Shown here: piece after piece, positions 38,597 through 48,400 of the stretch
Position numbering within the stretch: position 1 is the stretch's first letter
Layout: every line of letters starts with the position of its first letter
Virus record (IMG/VR): IMGVR_UViG_3300020477_001012
Span: 109,843-173,842 of that record
Strand: one strand, 5' to 3'
Source: a virus
DNA: 64,000 nucleotides
Made by a program: the position numbers and the translations under genes
Notes under the pieces: generated by a model
The model's database searches: none
Told to the model about the DNA's origin: nothing
The model's input: only the letters and a program-made list of their open reading frames with translations

Positions 38597-39460
38597 TTAG
38601 CTTTCCGTGGTGCTTGTTTCGGGAGTTTCACTATCTGTTTTTTTTGTCGTTTTCCTACGCTTGGGTTTAGGCTTAGGGGTCAGATCGTTTTCGTAATCCA
38701 CCATAACATAAGAGCCATCGTTGTCTAATGGAAAACCATCAACATCAACACGATTCCCCTTCTCGTCTAAATAGTGCCCATCTTCATTGATCCTGTTCCC
38801 TTTGCGATCAGTCAACTCTCCCTCATCATTAACTAACCCCAAGTCTTCATTAATTAACTCAAAATTCTTAAGCCATTTATTCTCCGGCAGATTCTCCTCA
38901 AAAGAAGCGTCCAGATTATAAAGGATATCCCCCAGCATAGACGCGGCGGCAAAAGCCATATCGTCTGAGCTACGCTGATTATAATCCTCTAAGCTATTAT
39001 ACACCTTTTTTTGAGTATCTTTATAAAAGGTACATGTGGCCACAAAATAATCAAATCTAGCATTGTCTGCTAAGGATTCTGCCGTGTTTTCCTCTAAGGC
39101 CAATCGCTCACCAATAAGCTCTCTCAGCTTGATTCTGAGATCCCTCATTTGCATGGCAATGTCCCGCCCCTCAGAGACCTTGGGCTTCTGGCCATCTTTA
39201 CCCCTGTATAGATCTCTTTCCAAGCTCTGTATATTGTCGGTTATCTCTGTCTCCTTGCTGCTTTTCTCCTTGTTCCATATGCCGCGATCTTCCATTAATA
39301 CAGAAAGCTCTTTCTTGGTGATAATACCATCCCTGATACATTCATTCCACCTCTTCGCCCTGATCATGTCCGCTTGGGCAATGGTCTGGTTATTAGGCTT
39401 CACCACATAAATAGTGGTCTTGGTTCCATCCGGCAGTGTAATTTCTCGTTCTTCGTTCAT
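38597..39460 (-). CDS. putative tail assembly chaperone
   Basis: Directly upstream of the TMP; ATG at 39460 after AGGAGG; charged and helical, with NxxG turn repeats near the C-terminus. Confidence 0.5.
   Translation of the reverse strand: MNEEREITLPDGTKTTIYVVKPNNQTIAQADMIRAKRWNECIRDGIITKKELSVLMEDRGIWNKEKSSKETEITDNIQSLERDLYRGKDGQKPKVSEGRDIAMQMRDLRIKLRELIGERLALEENTAESLADNARFDYFVATCTFYKDTQKKVYNSLEDYNQRSSDDMAFAAASMLGDILYNLDASFEENLPENKWLKNFELINEDLGLVNDEGELTDRKGNRINEDGHYLDEKGNRVDVDGFPLDNDGSYVMVDYENDLTPKPKPKRRKTTKKTDSETPETSTTES
38996..39004 (-). promoter_or_regulatory. GTGTATAAT putative internal promoter upstream of the TMP
   Basis: Exact motif about 435 nt upstream of the TMP start, inside coding sequence. 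Confidence 0.4.
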
Positions 39461-39464
39461 AGTC

Positions 39465-39839
39465 CTAGTCCTCCTGAGATTGATTTTCACATGTCTTAAC
39501 TGGAATAGTAACAGAATACCTCAACCATTTTACATCATACTGGTTGAGTTCTGCATCGACATTGCGTGCCTGTGTATTACCTTTGTCTAAAATTTCCGAT
39601 CTTACTTTTTGGAACGTGTCGTGCATAATCTTCTGCTCTGGGGTTAACTCTCCCCCGGACTGATTAGTCCATAGAAATGAAAAGTGCTCCTCCACAGAAC
39701 TGAGAGCACCGATCATGGTGGTCTCTACTTTTTTCTTTAATATTTTAGACAATCTATGCTTGGAATCATGTTTAAACTTGTCCTCTCTTACGCTCTTGTA
39801 TTCCTTTTGCTGCCTAATCAGCTCATTAAATTCGTCCAT
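39465..39839 (-). CDS. hypothetical protein (chaperone region)
   Basis: 124-aa helical ORF with AGGAG SD. Confidence 0.65.
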   Translation of the reverse strand: MDEFNELIRQQKEYKSVREDKFKHDSKHRLSKILKKKVETTMIGALSSVEEHFSFLWTNQSGGELTPEQKIMHDTFQKVRSEILDKGNTQARNVDAELNQYDVKWLRYSVTIPVKTCENQSQED

Positions 39840-39841
39840 AA

Positions 39842-40882
39842 TTATCTCCTAAATTTTCCCTTAAACTGTTCATTGGATTTTTGAGTCATCTTGCGTTGTT
39901 GGTCCTTGAAGTCTAGATCTCTTGCCTGTCCTTTGGACTGTATAACTTCCATTCTTTCTTTTTTAACCATTTGGGATTGAAAAGTGTTTACCCTGTTGAT
40001 ACTGTTTGCATCATCTTGAGTTTGAGCCATCACAAACACTTCCTCTGAATTAGAAATCTTCTCGTTGCCCACTCTGTTCTCAAGCTCTGATTCGGCCCTG
40101 TCTTTTTCTTGCTTCTTTCTTTGGATAACAAACCAGCCGTCTAGCATGTCATCATCATTTATAACATCATCGCTAGGGCAGTCCATTGACTCTTGAATAT
40201 TGTCGTACATCCTTGACCAAACAATAATATTTTTTTGGTCTATAGACAGGTCTCTGTCTTGATTGGCAAAAATTGAAAACTTACAAGACTCCCTCATCAT
40301 CCACAAAGATCGCCACGGGTCGTTACGTGCTAAATTTCTAATGTCTCCTTCATCCAAAACCATATTGTTAAACTCGTGCAGTACATTATTGATGTCAATG
40401 TCGTCAAAATTGCAAGGCTCAGAACCAACGAACGTACATTGCTTTATGAAAGACAAAGATTTTTCTAAACTTGCTAATCCTTCGCAGGTATTTTGCCGAT
40501 TTCCATGCTTCTTTTCTAGTTGTTCACCAATGGCTTTCTCTGTCACCCTTATGTATTTTCTAATATGCTCTCTTTTTTCGCTTTGATACCTAGCATTGAA
40601 AATCTCCACACGCAGTCGTTCTAGGTTATCCTCTAGTTGTTTAACTTGGTTGTCGTCATCCTCTGTCCATAGCTGTCTGGATCTCATCCAGTCAAGCATC
40701 TCCTCCTCTGTCATCAATCCCGCTTCGAGCGCCCTTTCATAACTCTCCATGTGAGCGGCGTTAATAATGAAATCATCTTCAATTGAGGGCGAAACAATTG
40801 TAAGAGTAACTCCACTTTGTTTGACCCTATAAACTCCACTGCGTATCCTAGATATAAAATACTCCCGCTCATGATTCTTCAT
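39842..40882 (-). CDS. putative tail assembly chaperone-like protein
   Basis: 346-aa charged helical protein, first gene after the putative tube gene. Confidence 0.5.
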   Translation of the reverse strand: MKNHEREYFISRIRSGVYRVKQSGVTLTIVSPSIEDDFIINAAHMESYERALEAGLMTEEEMLDWMRSRQLWTEDDDNQVKQLEDNLERLRVEIFNARYQSEKREHIRKYIRVTEKAIGEQLEKKHGNRQNTCEGLASLEKSLSFIKQCTFVGSEPCNFDDIDINNVLHEFNNMVLDEGDIRNLARNDPWRSLWMMRESCKFSIFANQDRDLSIDQKNIIVWSRMYDNIQESMDCPSDDVINDDDMLDGWFVIQRKKQEKDRAESELENRVGNEKISNSEEVFVMAQTQDDANSINRVNTFQSQMVKKERMEVIQSKGQARDLDFKDQQRKMTQKSNEQFKGKFRR

Positions 40883-40906
40883 ACAAAAACCTCATGGCGG
40901 GAGTAT
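40859..40906 (-). promoter_or_regulatory. hairpin sequestering the SD and start codon of 39842..40882
   Basis: mRNA AUACUCCCGC-CAUGA...UCAUG-A-GCGGGAGUAU: 10-bp perfect stem plus 5-bp stem enclosing GAGG and the AUG. Confidence 0.65.
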
Positions 40907-40929
40907 GGTATTTCATATATGTATCCTTC

Positions 40930-41017
40930 CTTTAACGCTACGACATACTTGCCTATCCTCTCCCCTCTGGGGTATTAGCTATCGCAAGTCGTAACATTGG
41001 TTCCTTAGCGGTTAAAG
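40930..41017 (-). ncRNA. candidate structured cis-regulatory RNA after the tube gene
   Basis: Nested complementarity in the mRNA: CUUUAAC/GUUAAAG, UACGAC/GUCGUA, UUGC/GCAA, CCCC-AGA-GGGG. Confidence 0.45.
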
Positions 41018-41030
41018 CCCACTAATACTA

Positions 41031-42221
41031 TTATGTAGCTTGATATATATTCGCTGGGAACGTGAATTCCCGAGCAGCTCCATTAAGCACTTTTAACTCT
41101 TCAAATCCAATATAGCCATTTTCTGTATAGTGTTGAACATCCAACTCATTAAAGTTAGTGTAGCTGTAAGTGCAGGTTGCGTTTCCACCACCGGCATCGC
41201 CTCCACCATAACTGACACTAGCCAGTCGGTTCTTTTGGCCAAGGTCAAAACCATAGCCCGCTCTGGTGCAGAAGAAGATATTTTCTTCACTCGTGTTGTT
41301 TCCAGAATCGGCTGTGGTATCTAAAGCAGAATCACCAAACTCATAGGCGTTTACAAAATCGCCAGACGTGGTAATAGCTTCAATTTCACAACTAACTTCA
41401 ATTGGGAACGTGGCAGGACGCGCATATGGAGTTTTCCGGCCAAGCTCTAAGATATCTTCACGAGAGAAGTCGGTGCTAACAGAAACGTTCTGGAGGTGAA
41501 CGCGATTGTTAAGCGTTGTACCGTCAAGGCCATTTGCATAATTTGTTCCAATAACGCCCTTGATGCTGGCTGGAAGAATAGAACCAGACATTATAACATC
41601 TTCACGCTGCTGAATACCACCACTATGGGTAGCAGCCCCATCGCTCGTTCCAGCGGTTTTAGCTGCGGGAGAATCTGTACCATCAAACGGATCTACCGCT
41701 GTAGCAATCATTTTCTGCCCAGTCGTCAACCACACCTTGTTGTTACCAACCAAAGTCACGGACTCTGTAGCGTTGCCATCTACCGGCAATGTATAACTAA
41801 TACTACTGACGTACATGCCAGAGCAGTAAACTTCAGCTTCTGCTGGGTCAGTTCCTGCGCCAACGTTATTGAAGTTGTCTGGAAAAATGCCAAGGCGAAT
41901 GTCAGATCGGGCCTTGGACCGTCCCACTAAACCTGAACCAGCGGGCGAGCCATCAAGATTACCCCTAGTTGCCATGTGGTAAATCAGTGGATATCCATCT
42001 AAAACTTTCTCTAATGTCATCTCGACATCAGGCGTGCCTTCGATATTTTCGTAAATCTCAATCTGACCAAGCTCAAAAGCCTGTTCCAAGTTGAAATTCG
42101 TGTTCATACCCACACTTTGCAGACCATGCACCATGTCCGCAGGCACCACATTCAACCCATCACCGTGAGGTTGAATGCCTACGGCCTGTGTTGCATAAAA
42201 TATTCTATCATTAGTTGACAT
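41031..42221 (-). CDS. probable major tail tube protein
   Basis: HGLQSVGMNTNFNLEQAFELG..PDVEMTLEK and a second similar half (LQNVSVSTDFSREDILELG); position before chaperones and TMP; own promoter motif and strong SD. Confidence 0.65.
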   Translation of the reverse strand: MSTNDRIFYATQAVGIQPHGDGLNVVPADMVHGLQSVGMNTNFNLEQAFELGQIEIYENIEGTPDVEMTLEKVLDGYPLIYHMATRGNLDGSPAGSGLVGRSKARSDIRLGIFPDNFNNVGAGTDPAEAEVYCSGMYVSSISYTLPVDGNATESVTLVGNNKVWLTTGQKMIATAVDPFDGTDSPAAKTAGTSDGAATHSGGIQQREDVIMSGSILPASIKGVIGTNYANGLDGTTLNNRVHLQNVSVSTDFSREDILELGRKTPYARPATFPIEVSCEIEAITTSGDFVNAYEFGDSALDTTADSGNNTSEENIFFCTRAGYGFDLGQKNRLASVSYGGGDAGGGNATCTYSYTNFNELDVQHYTENGYIGFEELKVLNGAAREFTFPANIYQAT

Positions 42222-42258
42222 TGTTATTCTCTCCTTGGATGGAAATAGTTTCTAGTAA

Positions 42259-42267
42259 ATTATACAC
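42259..42267 (-). promoter_or_regulatory. GTGTATAAT putative late promoter of the tube gene
   Basis: Intergenic, 38 nt upstream of the ATG at 42221. Confidence 0.65.
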
Positions 42268-42274
42268 AAAAAGC

Positions 42275-43267
42275 TTAAATATTTGACTTAATTATGTCTG
42301 TAGTCACTCTAACTACGCCCCCAAAAATGTTACTATCGACCATAGTCATCTCTTGAACAGTGGATTTGCTTAAGCGGCAATTACCACCGTAATAAGTCTC
42401 TAGTAAATCGGGATATCTAAGGGCGCTAGGAACAGGAGTTCCTCTATAATCCAGCGGAAACGCTCCGCTACTATTAATCCTGTTACTGTCAAAAAGAGCG
42501 ACATTTTTATCGTTTTGTAACGAAAATATGTCTACAAGCTTATTTCTAGTAACCTCATCCTCTGCAATGCAGTGAAACAAAACGTCAGTATATACCCATT
42601 GGCCGCCTCCTAATTGGTACCCCTTGAAAGTCCTAAAGGGCACCACTTCAATAGCCACAGCGGGAAGCTGCAACCTGCTCTCTGGGGGTATGTTCCAAAC
42701 ACCTTTGTTTGAATCAAAAAAGCTGCTCGTGGGCTGTAGCGTTCTTGTTTGTAACTCCTTTAACCAAGGTATATTGTTGGCGTATACTACGTTAATATGT
42801 TTGTAGCTATGTTCAACCTGCACTTTCGAGCCAGTTGGAATAGCCGTATCAAAAATTACCCTACCATTGAAATAGTCGACGTGGTGTGAGTAATCCCCAG
42901 TAGTATCAGAAGGATAAAAGGCATCGTCCACCCAGACCCCAGACACTCCCGGTTTTTCATGGTTGGTTCCTACAATTGGTGGTGTTATCAAGCCGTCTAG
43001 CCCACTTGGAGCAAGGCCGCTTTGCCAGACCCAGTTTTTCCTAAACCCTTCCCACACCTGACCAGATGTATATTGATCGTTTGCGGACAATCTAAGCTTG
43101 CTGTAATCTTGACCATTGGGGGCCAGCTCTGACAGAGTGCTATTAAAATAGTTGCCCTTATCAAGTAGCGCCCAGTCAAAATACTCAACTAGATTATCCT
43201 GAATGTCGTTACTTAGGGTAGACTGAAAAACACTAGTAAACCCTTTTAAAGGAGAATATCTATGCAT
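42275..43267 (-). CDS. putative tail terminator/completion protein
   Basis: 330 aa directly before the tube gene; LQLPAVAIEVV..DVLFHCIAE. Confidence 0.5.
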   Translation of the reverse strand: MHRYSPLKGFTSVFQSTLSNDIQDNLVEYFDWALLDKGNYFNSTLSELAPNGQDYSKLRLSANDQYTSGQVWEGFRKNWVWQSGLAPSGLDGLITPPIVGTNHEKPGVSGVWVDDAFYPSDTTGDYSHHVDYFNGRVIFDTAIPTGSKVQVEHSYKHINVVYANNIPWLKELQTRTLQPTSSFFDSNKGVWNIPPESRLQLPAVAIEVVPFRTFKGYQLGGGQWVYTDVLFHCIAEDEVTRNKLVDIFSLQNDKNVALFDSNRINSSGAFPLDYRGTPVPSALRYPDLLETYYGGNCRLSKSTVQEMTMVDSNIFGGVVRVTTDIIKSNI

Positions 43268-43271
43268 GGTT

Positions 43272-43904
43272 CTACTCTAAGAAACTGGTTAATATTCTTG
43301 CCAACTCTTTATCTCTACCCGAAAACGCTCTAGTGACAAAGTTATTATCCGCCGTTCCAGAATATTGCGGTGGAACTCTAAACACGCCACCTATATCCAT
43401 CGTTCCTCCCCCTGACCTGCCACTATTAGACGGCTGGTATAAGTACCCCTTGACAATAACGCTGTCCCCCTTCGTGATCAGCCAGTCTAGCCAATGTAAA
43501 TCTGTACCCGCTTCTGAGAATTGGTGTCCTTGTGGTAACCCCAAGAGGTTGACAAAATCTGTTGACTGAAAATTAAATGTAACCCCTCCTTCAAGTGTGT
43601 TTGATACCCTTCTAAAGTCTATCGAAATAGCTTCCGCTATCTCAGAGACAATCGCCTTAACAGCATCTTCCGGGCTGCCGGGAGTGAGGCCGAAGGTGGC
43701 GTTAAGACTCCCGGGGATTCCCTGACTTAGCAAGCTTTCTATTTCTTCTGATTGCATCATCCATTTTTTAATATTTTCCTTTAACTCGCGTGTGTTTCTC
43801 TGAACCTTCTTCCTCATTATTTGGTTTATCTGGACAGCTAAAGCTTTGTATATGTCTTTTTCAATTTTTGGAAAGGAGTCTATCAGCTCCAATGAGATAC
43901 TCAT
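43272..43904 (-). CDS. putative neck/tail-completion protein
   Basis: ATG at 43904 overlapping the upstream stop (ATGA); C-terminal GTADNNFVTRA resembles HK97 gp10-like ends. Confidence 0.45.
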   Translation of the reverse strand: MSISLELIDSFPKIEKDIYKALAVQINQIMRKKVQRNTRELKENIKKWMMQSEEIESLLSQGIPGSLNATFGLTPGSPEDAVKAIVSEIAEAISIDFRRVSNTLEGGVTFNFQSTDFVNLLGLPQGHQFSEAGTDLHWLDWLITKGDSVIVKGYLYQPSNSGRSGGGTMDIGGVFRVPPQYSGTADNNFVTRAFSGRDKELARILTSFLE

Positions 43905-44383
43905 ACTGAACGCTCCCAAAAACAGCCGAAGTATCTTTCTTGCTTCAGACCCATTGGAAACGGTTCGCCCAACTTCTTAAACCTCATTTCCTTCAGGTCT
44001 TTGATACCCTTGTGAGCAATTAACTCTTTCGCCCTCATAATTTTATGGAGATCTGTTGCGTAGAAAATCGTTTGGATAGAATTGTCTGGGATAACCATAT
44101 CGCTGCCCACTTTGGTCCAGCTTTTGCTATCCCAGTATATCTTTAGTATAATATCCTCCAGCTTCTCTACTTCTTTAATTGTCTTGTTCTGTCTTTTATA
44201 CTGTTCCTGTCTCCTGCGGTGAGAATTAATAGAAGGGTTGCTTGGGATGTTATCAAACGTATTGGATATCTCTTCTACCTTCTCAATATATACTAATTGA
44301 CAGGTGACTCCGAATATGTTGAACGTAGAGTCCACCACGTCATAGTACTTATCGAAAACACTCTGAGGGATGTTTATTGGCAT
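43901..44383 (-). CDS. putative head-closure/stopper protein
   Basis: 160 aa; FGVTCQLVY; position in the neck module. Confidence 0.45.
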   Translation of the reverse strand: MPINIPQSVFDKYYDVVDSTFNIFGVTCQLVYIEKVEEISNTFDNIPSNPSINSHRRRQEQYKRQNKTIKEVEKLEDIILKIYWDSKSWTKVGSDMVIPDNSIQTIFYATDLHKIMRAKELIAHKGIKDLKEMRFKKLGEPFPMGLKQERYFGCFWERSV

Positions 44384-44391
44384 TTGTTGCC

Positions 44392-45219
44392 CTATATAGT
44401 TATTTCTAATTTTGCGGGATTGCTGTTAGTGTTGTCATAAGATTCAAAACTAACGTAGTTAGTCAGGCCGCCACTGTACGCTCCTGAGTACGCCGCGTTG
44501 TTCAGGTACATGACAATCACTATCGCGTTGCCGGACGACCAGCCGCTGCGGTTGACAATTTCTTGAATTACGTCTTTAAGATCTGGGGATGTAACCTCAC
44601 TGGAGTTGCTTTCTGCTCTCAGTGTGTCGTGGTCCCACAATCCTTCCGCTGCGGTATATAGCCCCGGAACATTGCCGCGCAGATCAGACGCTGACGATGG
44701 GGCCGCCGGATCGTCTTGGTCCAAGGCTCTGATTTTGAAATTAATGTCCGGGTTGACAGCACTACCCACAAACGACATCTTGTACGGTTTGAGGTACGCA
44801 CTCTGGATAGTGGCTCCTTGAGCAGCGGTAATGTTATCAAACCGGAAAAACCCGATGCTGTGATCCCACTCGACTTCCTCCCCCTCATATAGCGCACCTA
44901 TCTGAATGTACGTTCTGCTGGTGTTGAGGGAAGAGGGGCTGAGGGTATTGTTTGTGTAGGACACGTAGCCAGTTGACCCAACTCCGTCATCTCCGTTAGC
45001 AGCCACTGTGTAAGTTGTAGTTGTTTCTGGGGGGGTAAGCCCATTTTCGTCACCGCTATAAAATCTATGGAGTTTCATGCGATTCTCAAGAATACTAGAG
45101 TGGTGAACACCGTCAAGCGAAACACTGACGGGGACAACCTCCGAATTTCCAAGCTGATCGGTGGAAAATACGGAGGAGCCGTGCCTTATGTCATTACCAC
45201 TAATTATTTTTTCAAACAC
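44392..45219 (-). CDS. virion accessory protein with C-terminal beta-sandwich (DNRLRE-like) domain
   Basis: GFFRFDNI..QGATIQSAYL..TSPDLKDVIQEIVNRSGWSSGNAIVI..PAKLEI; GTG start. Confidence 0.55.
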   Translation of the reverse strand: MFEKIISGNDIRHGSSVFSTDQLGNSEVVPVSVSLDGVHHSSILENRMKLHRFYSGDENGLTPPETTTTYTVAANGDDGVGSTGYVSYTNNTLSPSSLNTSRTYIQIGALYEGEEVEWDHSIGFFRFDNITAAQGATIQSAYLKPYKMSFVGSAVNPDINFKIRALDQDDPAAPSSASDLRGNVPGLYTAAEGLWDHDTLRAESNSSEVTSPDLKDVIQEIVNRSGWSSGNAIVIVMYLNNAAYSGAYSGGLTNYVSFESYDNTNSNPAKLEITI

Positions 45220-45236
45220 TGTTATTGTACCCCAAG

Positions 45237-45443
45237 TTAGTCGCTGGTGTCACCAGTGTAATACCTAACATCGTCAAACCGATCTTCATAGCGAGTCTGC
45301 AACGTACCAGAAGGTACGAACTTATTGATCATGGAACCGGAAGCTGCTACGTACTGTCCCGTTTCCCGAACAAAAGTCACAATCCCGCCATTATTAATCG
45401 GGCTTACTGCCGATTTGGCTCTGTTTGTAATTTCGTCAGGCAT
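45237..45443 (-). CDS. small hypothetical virion protein
   Basis: 68 aa with GGAG SD, fills the gap in the operon. Confidence 0.65.
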   Translation of the reverse strand: MPDEITNRAKSAVSPINNGGIVTFVRETGQYVAASGSMINKFVPSGTLQTRYEDRFDDVRYYTGDTSD

Positions 45444-45473
45444 TTTTTATCTCCAAAAATTGTTAGTGCCATG

Positions 45474-48400
45474 TTACATTTCTGTCAAAGCGTCAGTTTT
45501 AAACCAATTAGTTCCATTAGTTACTATTAGTCTCCAATCGCTTCCGTCCTTATATAAGGCAACGACTCCTTCTTCTTTGTCTATTTTATATTCTTGATCG
45601 GTTAATGTTGCATGTGTATATGCGTTGGCAGTCGAGCCAGTACCATTGACGTTGAGGGCTACCGGCAATTCCAACCACCCATGTTTATTCACGATAGTAT
45701 TCGCAAGCCCAGCAGAAGTGATAGATGACTGTATCTGGTCAGCCGACTGGGCTGACTGCTTGCGGGTTTTTAGTACAACATCCGTGGAAGACGCGGGATT
45801 TAGAGTCAACGTTGTTGTAAGTAAATCGGTTAAGCCGGGAACATTGCCAATACTTAAATTCTTTGAGGATGTTCCATCGGATCTGCCATGAATAATATCT
45901 GCTATGTCAATATAGCCATCCAAGGCACTCGTCGTCCAAGTAGTTGGGACGACCCTATTGCTCGGATTGATAACCAAGTGATTATCGGTATTGACTTGCA
46001 TTCCAAAACCAGCCCTGTATCCTAAGAAGATAGAGTTCTTGTTTTGGTCTACCCCCGAACCAGCTTCAGCTCCAATAAAGATGCTGTAATCACACCCTGT
46101 GCTAGAAGCTCCAGCCTTGTGTCCTATTACGGTCCCGTAGTCAAGACCCGAGGCCGCTTGACCAGCATGACGACCAATCATTTCGCTAAGCTTGATATCT
46201 TCTGCGTATGTTCCGGCAGAGTGGCCAATGGCGACCGAGTTTTGAATTCCGGTGCCGTGAGCAAAAGCGTTTAACCCAATACCCACTGATTGCTTAAGCC
46301 CACTGCCATATGCTGCGGCGCTCTCTCCCAGATAAACCCCGGTCGTCGCATTAGCGCTCTCTTTGCCCGCATTGACACCAATAAATGTAGTGCTATAATT
46401 ACCTGAAGAAAGAAGACCGGCTTGATAGCCCATCATATTGGCGTGTTGAACATGTTTCGTCCCAGATCCAGCAGCCCAACCCAAAGCAGTATTATGACTA
46501 CCAACAATAGCCCCAAATGCGGCATCTTTTCCAATGGCTATTAAGTAATCGCAACCCGAAGCTTGAAATGCAGCATGATGGCCTATAATATTCACATAGT
46601 GAGAATCTTTTGTAGAAAATCCAGCCCTGTAACCAACCATGGTACTTGAAGAGCTAAGCATAGCACCATACCCAGCCCCGGGACCAACCATAGTCGCGTG
46701 GGGGCAGCCACTGGACTCGTAGCCCGCACTCGGGCCAACCATTGCGGAGTAAAAATTCCCGCTCGCCCGGGAACCCGCGCTTAACCCAGCCATTAGTGAC
46801 ATGTTGCAGCCGCTGGCGCGATATGCTGCATAACGCCCAATCATAACGGAATTAGCACAATCCAGCGAACTATATCCCGCATGGCCGCCAATCATATCTG
46901 CGCCCACGTTGTTATGGGTATTATATCCAGCATTCTGACCTATCATGGTTGAGTCAAAACAGCCAGTCGATAGATGACCAGCACCCGACCCAATCATATT
47001 GGTATAATCACAGCCGCTAGACAATTTCCCAGCATTCTGACCTATCATCACGGTGGAGTCATTACCGCTAGCTCCATACCCAGCAGCCGTACCGATGGCT
47101 ATCCAGTGCGACCCCGTGTCTCCCAGATCAAAAGAATCGCCACCACTAGTGCCTATTCTAATCTGATCATTGTTAAATATCAGGTGCTCTAATTGACCAG
47201 AACCATTAATGTCCATATGGATGGTGTCGTCCACCTTGGTTAAGCCACTACCGGCAGCAGTGCTGCCAACACTAATACCGTCAATTTGAGACTGCATAAC
47301 CCCAGAAAGACCGCTGGGATTCAGCGTAAGCATGTTAGTACTAGCGTCGTAATGCGTACCAACACCACTAACACCACTAATGGTAACTGTTTGGCCACCG
47401 GCAATTAAATCATCAGCAACCCAACCGTCTGTTATATTCCAACCGGCATAAGTAGCGGCATTATCAATATCATAACGGAGAACACCAGACAGGCCGCTGG
47501 GGTTCAGCGTAAGCGTATTAGTGCTGGCATCATAATGGGTGCCTACGCCACTAGCTCCACTAACGGTAAACGTCTGGGCGTTGGCAATATTGTCTCCGGC
47601 GACAGTGCCATCTGTAAATGTCCAGTGTGTATAACTACCCGCAGCGAGTACTGCTGCGTCGGTATATGCCTTGGATACGCCATGAAGATCTTCGGTATAC
47701 CCTGATATGGCAGCGCCGCTAGCTGAATTTACTCGTATTTCACCGAGATTGAAATCACCACTGGCTGAATTAACTCGAATCTCTGTTAAATTAAAGTTAC
47801 CACTGGAGGAGTTGGCTCTTATTTCTGTAAGATTAGACGCTATTTGTGGCGTCAATACCCCGGATAGCCCACTAGCATTAAAGACAAGATGATTAGACGA
47901 GGCGTCATAATGCGTACCGACGCCACTCGCTCCACTAATAATAACCGTTTGGGCGCCACCAATCAAATCACCCGCAACGGTGCCGTCTGTTAGATTCCAA
48001 CCCGCATAAGCAGTAGCATTATCAATCTGATATTGCATAACACCAGACAGGCCGCTAGGATTAATTATAAGTAACCCGCTGTTGCTCGCTGGGTCAGTCG
48101 TGAACTCTGTGTGAATACCACTCACGCCACTAATAGACAGAAGGTATTTAGTATGAATATCACCGGAGGTGGCCGCACTGTCTCCAATCTGGAAAATGTT
48201 TCCGGGGAAAGTTAACCCGCTAACATGAATCTTCTGATCAGTAGTCCATGCGTCCGTAGAGTCTCTCCATGTCCACTTCTTGTCAGTATCAGTAGACTTG
48301 ACGATAATACCAGCATCGTCTACATTGGCGTCATTATAGAGTGCGGTGCCACTCATCGATGCCAACTCAAGATTCTTGTCCCAGATGGTAACAGTACTGC

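Noticed and set aside
39836-39862. Slippery G GGA AAA at the end of the 346-aa gene, with the next gene in the -1 frame (lambda G/GT-like frameshift)
   Set aside because: The -1 frame reads GGG AAA ATT TAG, so a stop comes before the next ORF and no fusion is possible. The next gene also has its own AGGAG SD.
40883-41030. tRNA in the long intergenic gap
   Set aside because: No TTC-containing T-arm or cloverleaf found on either strand.
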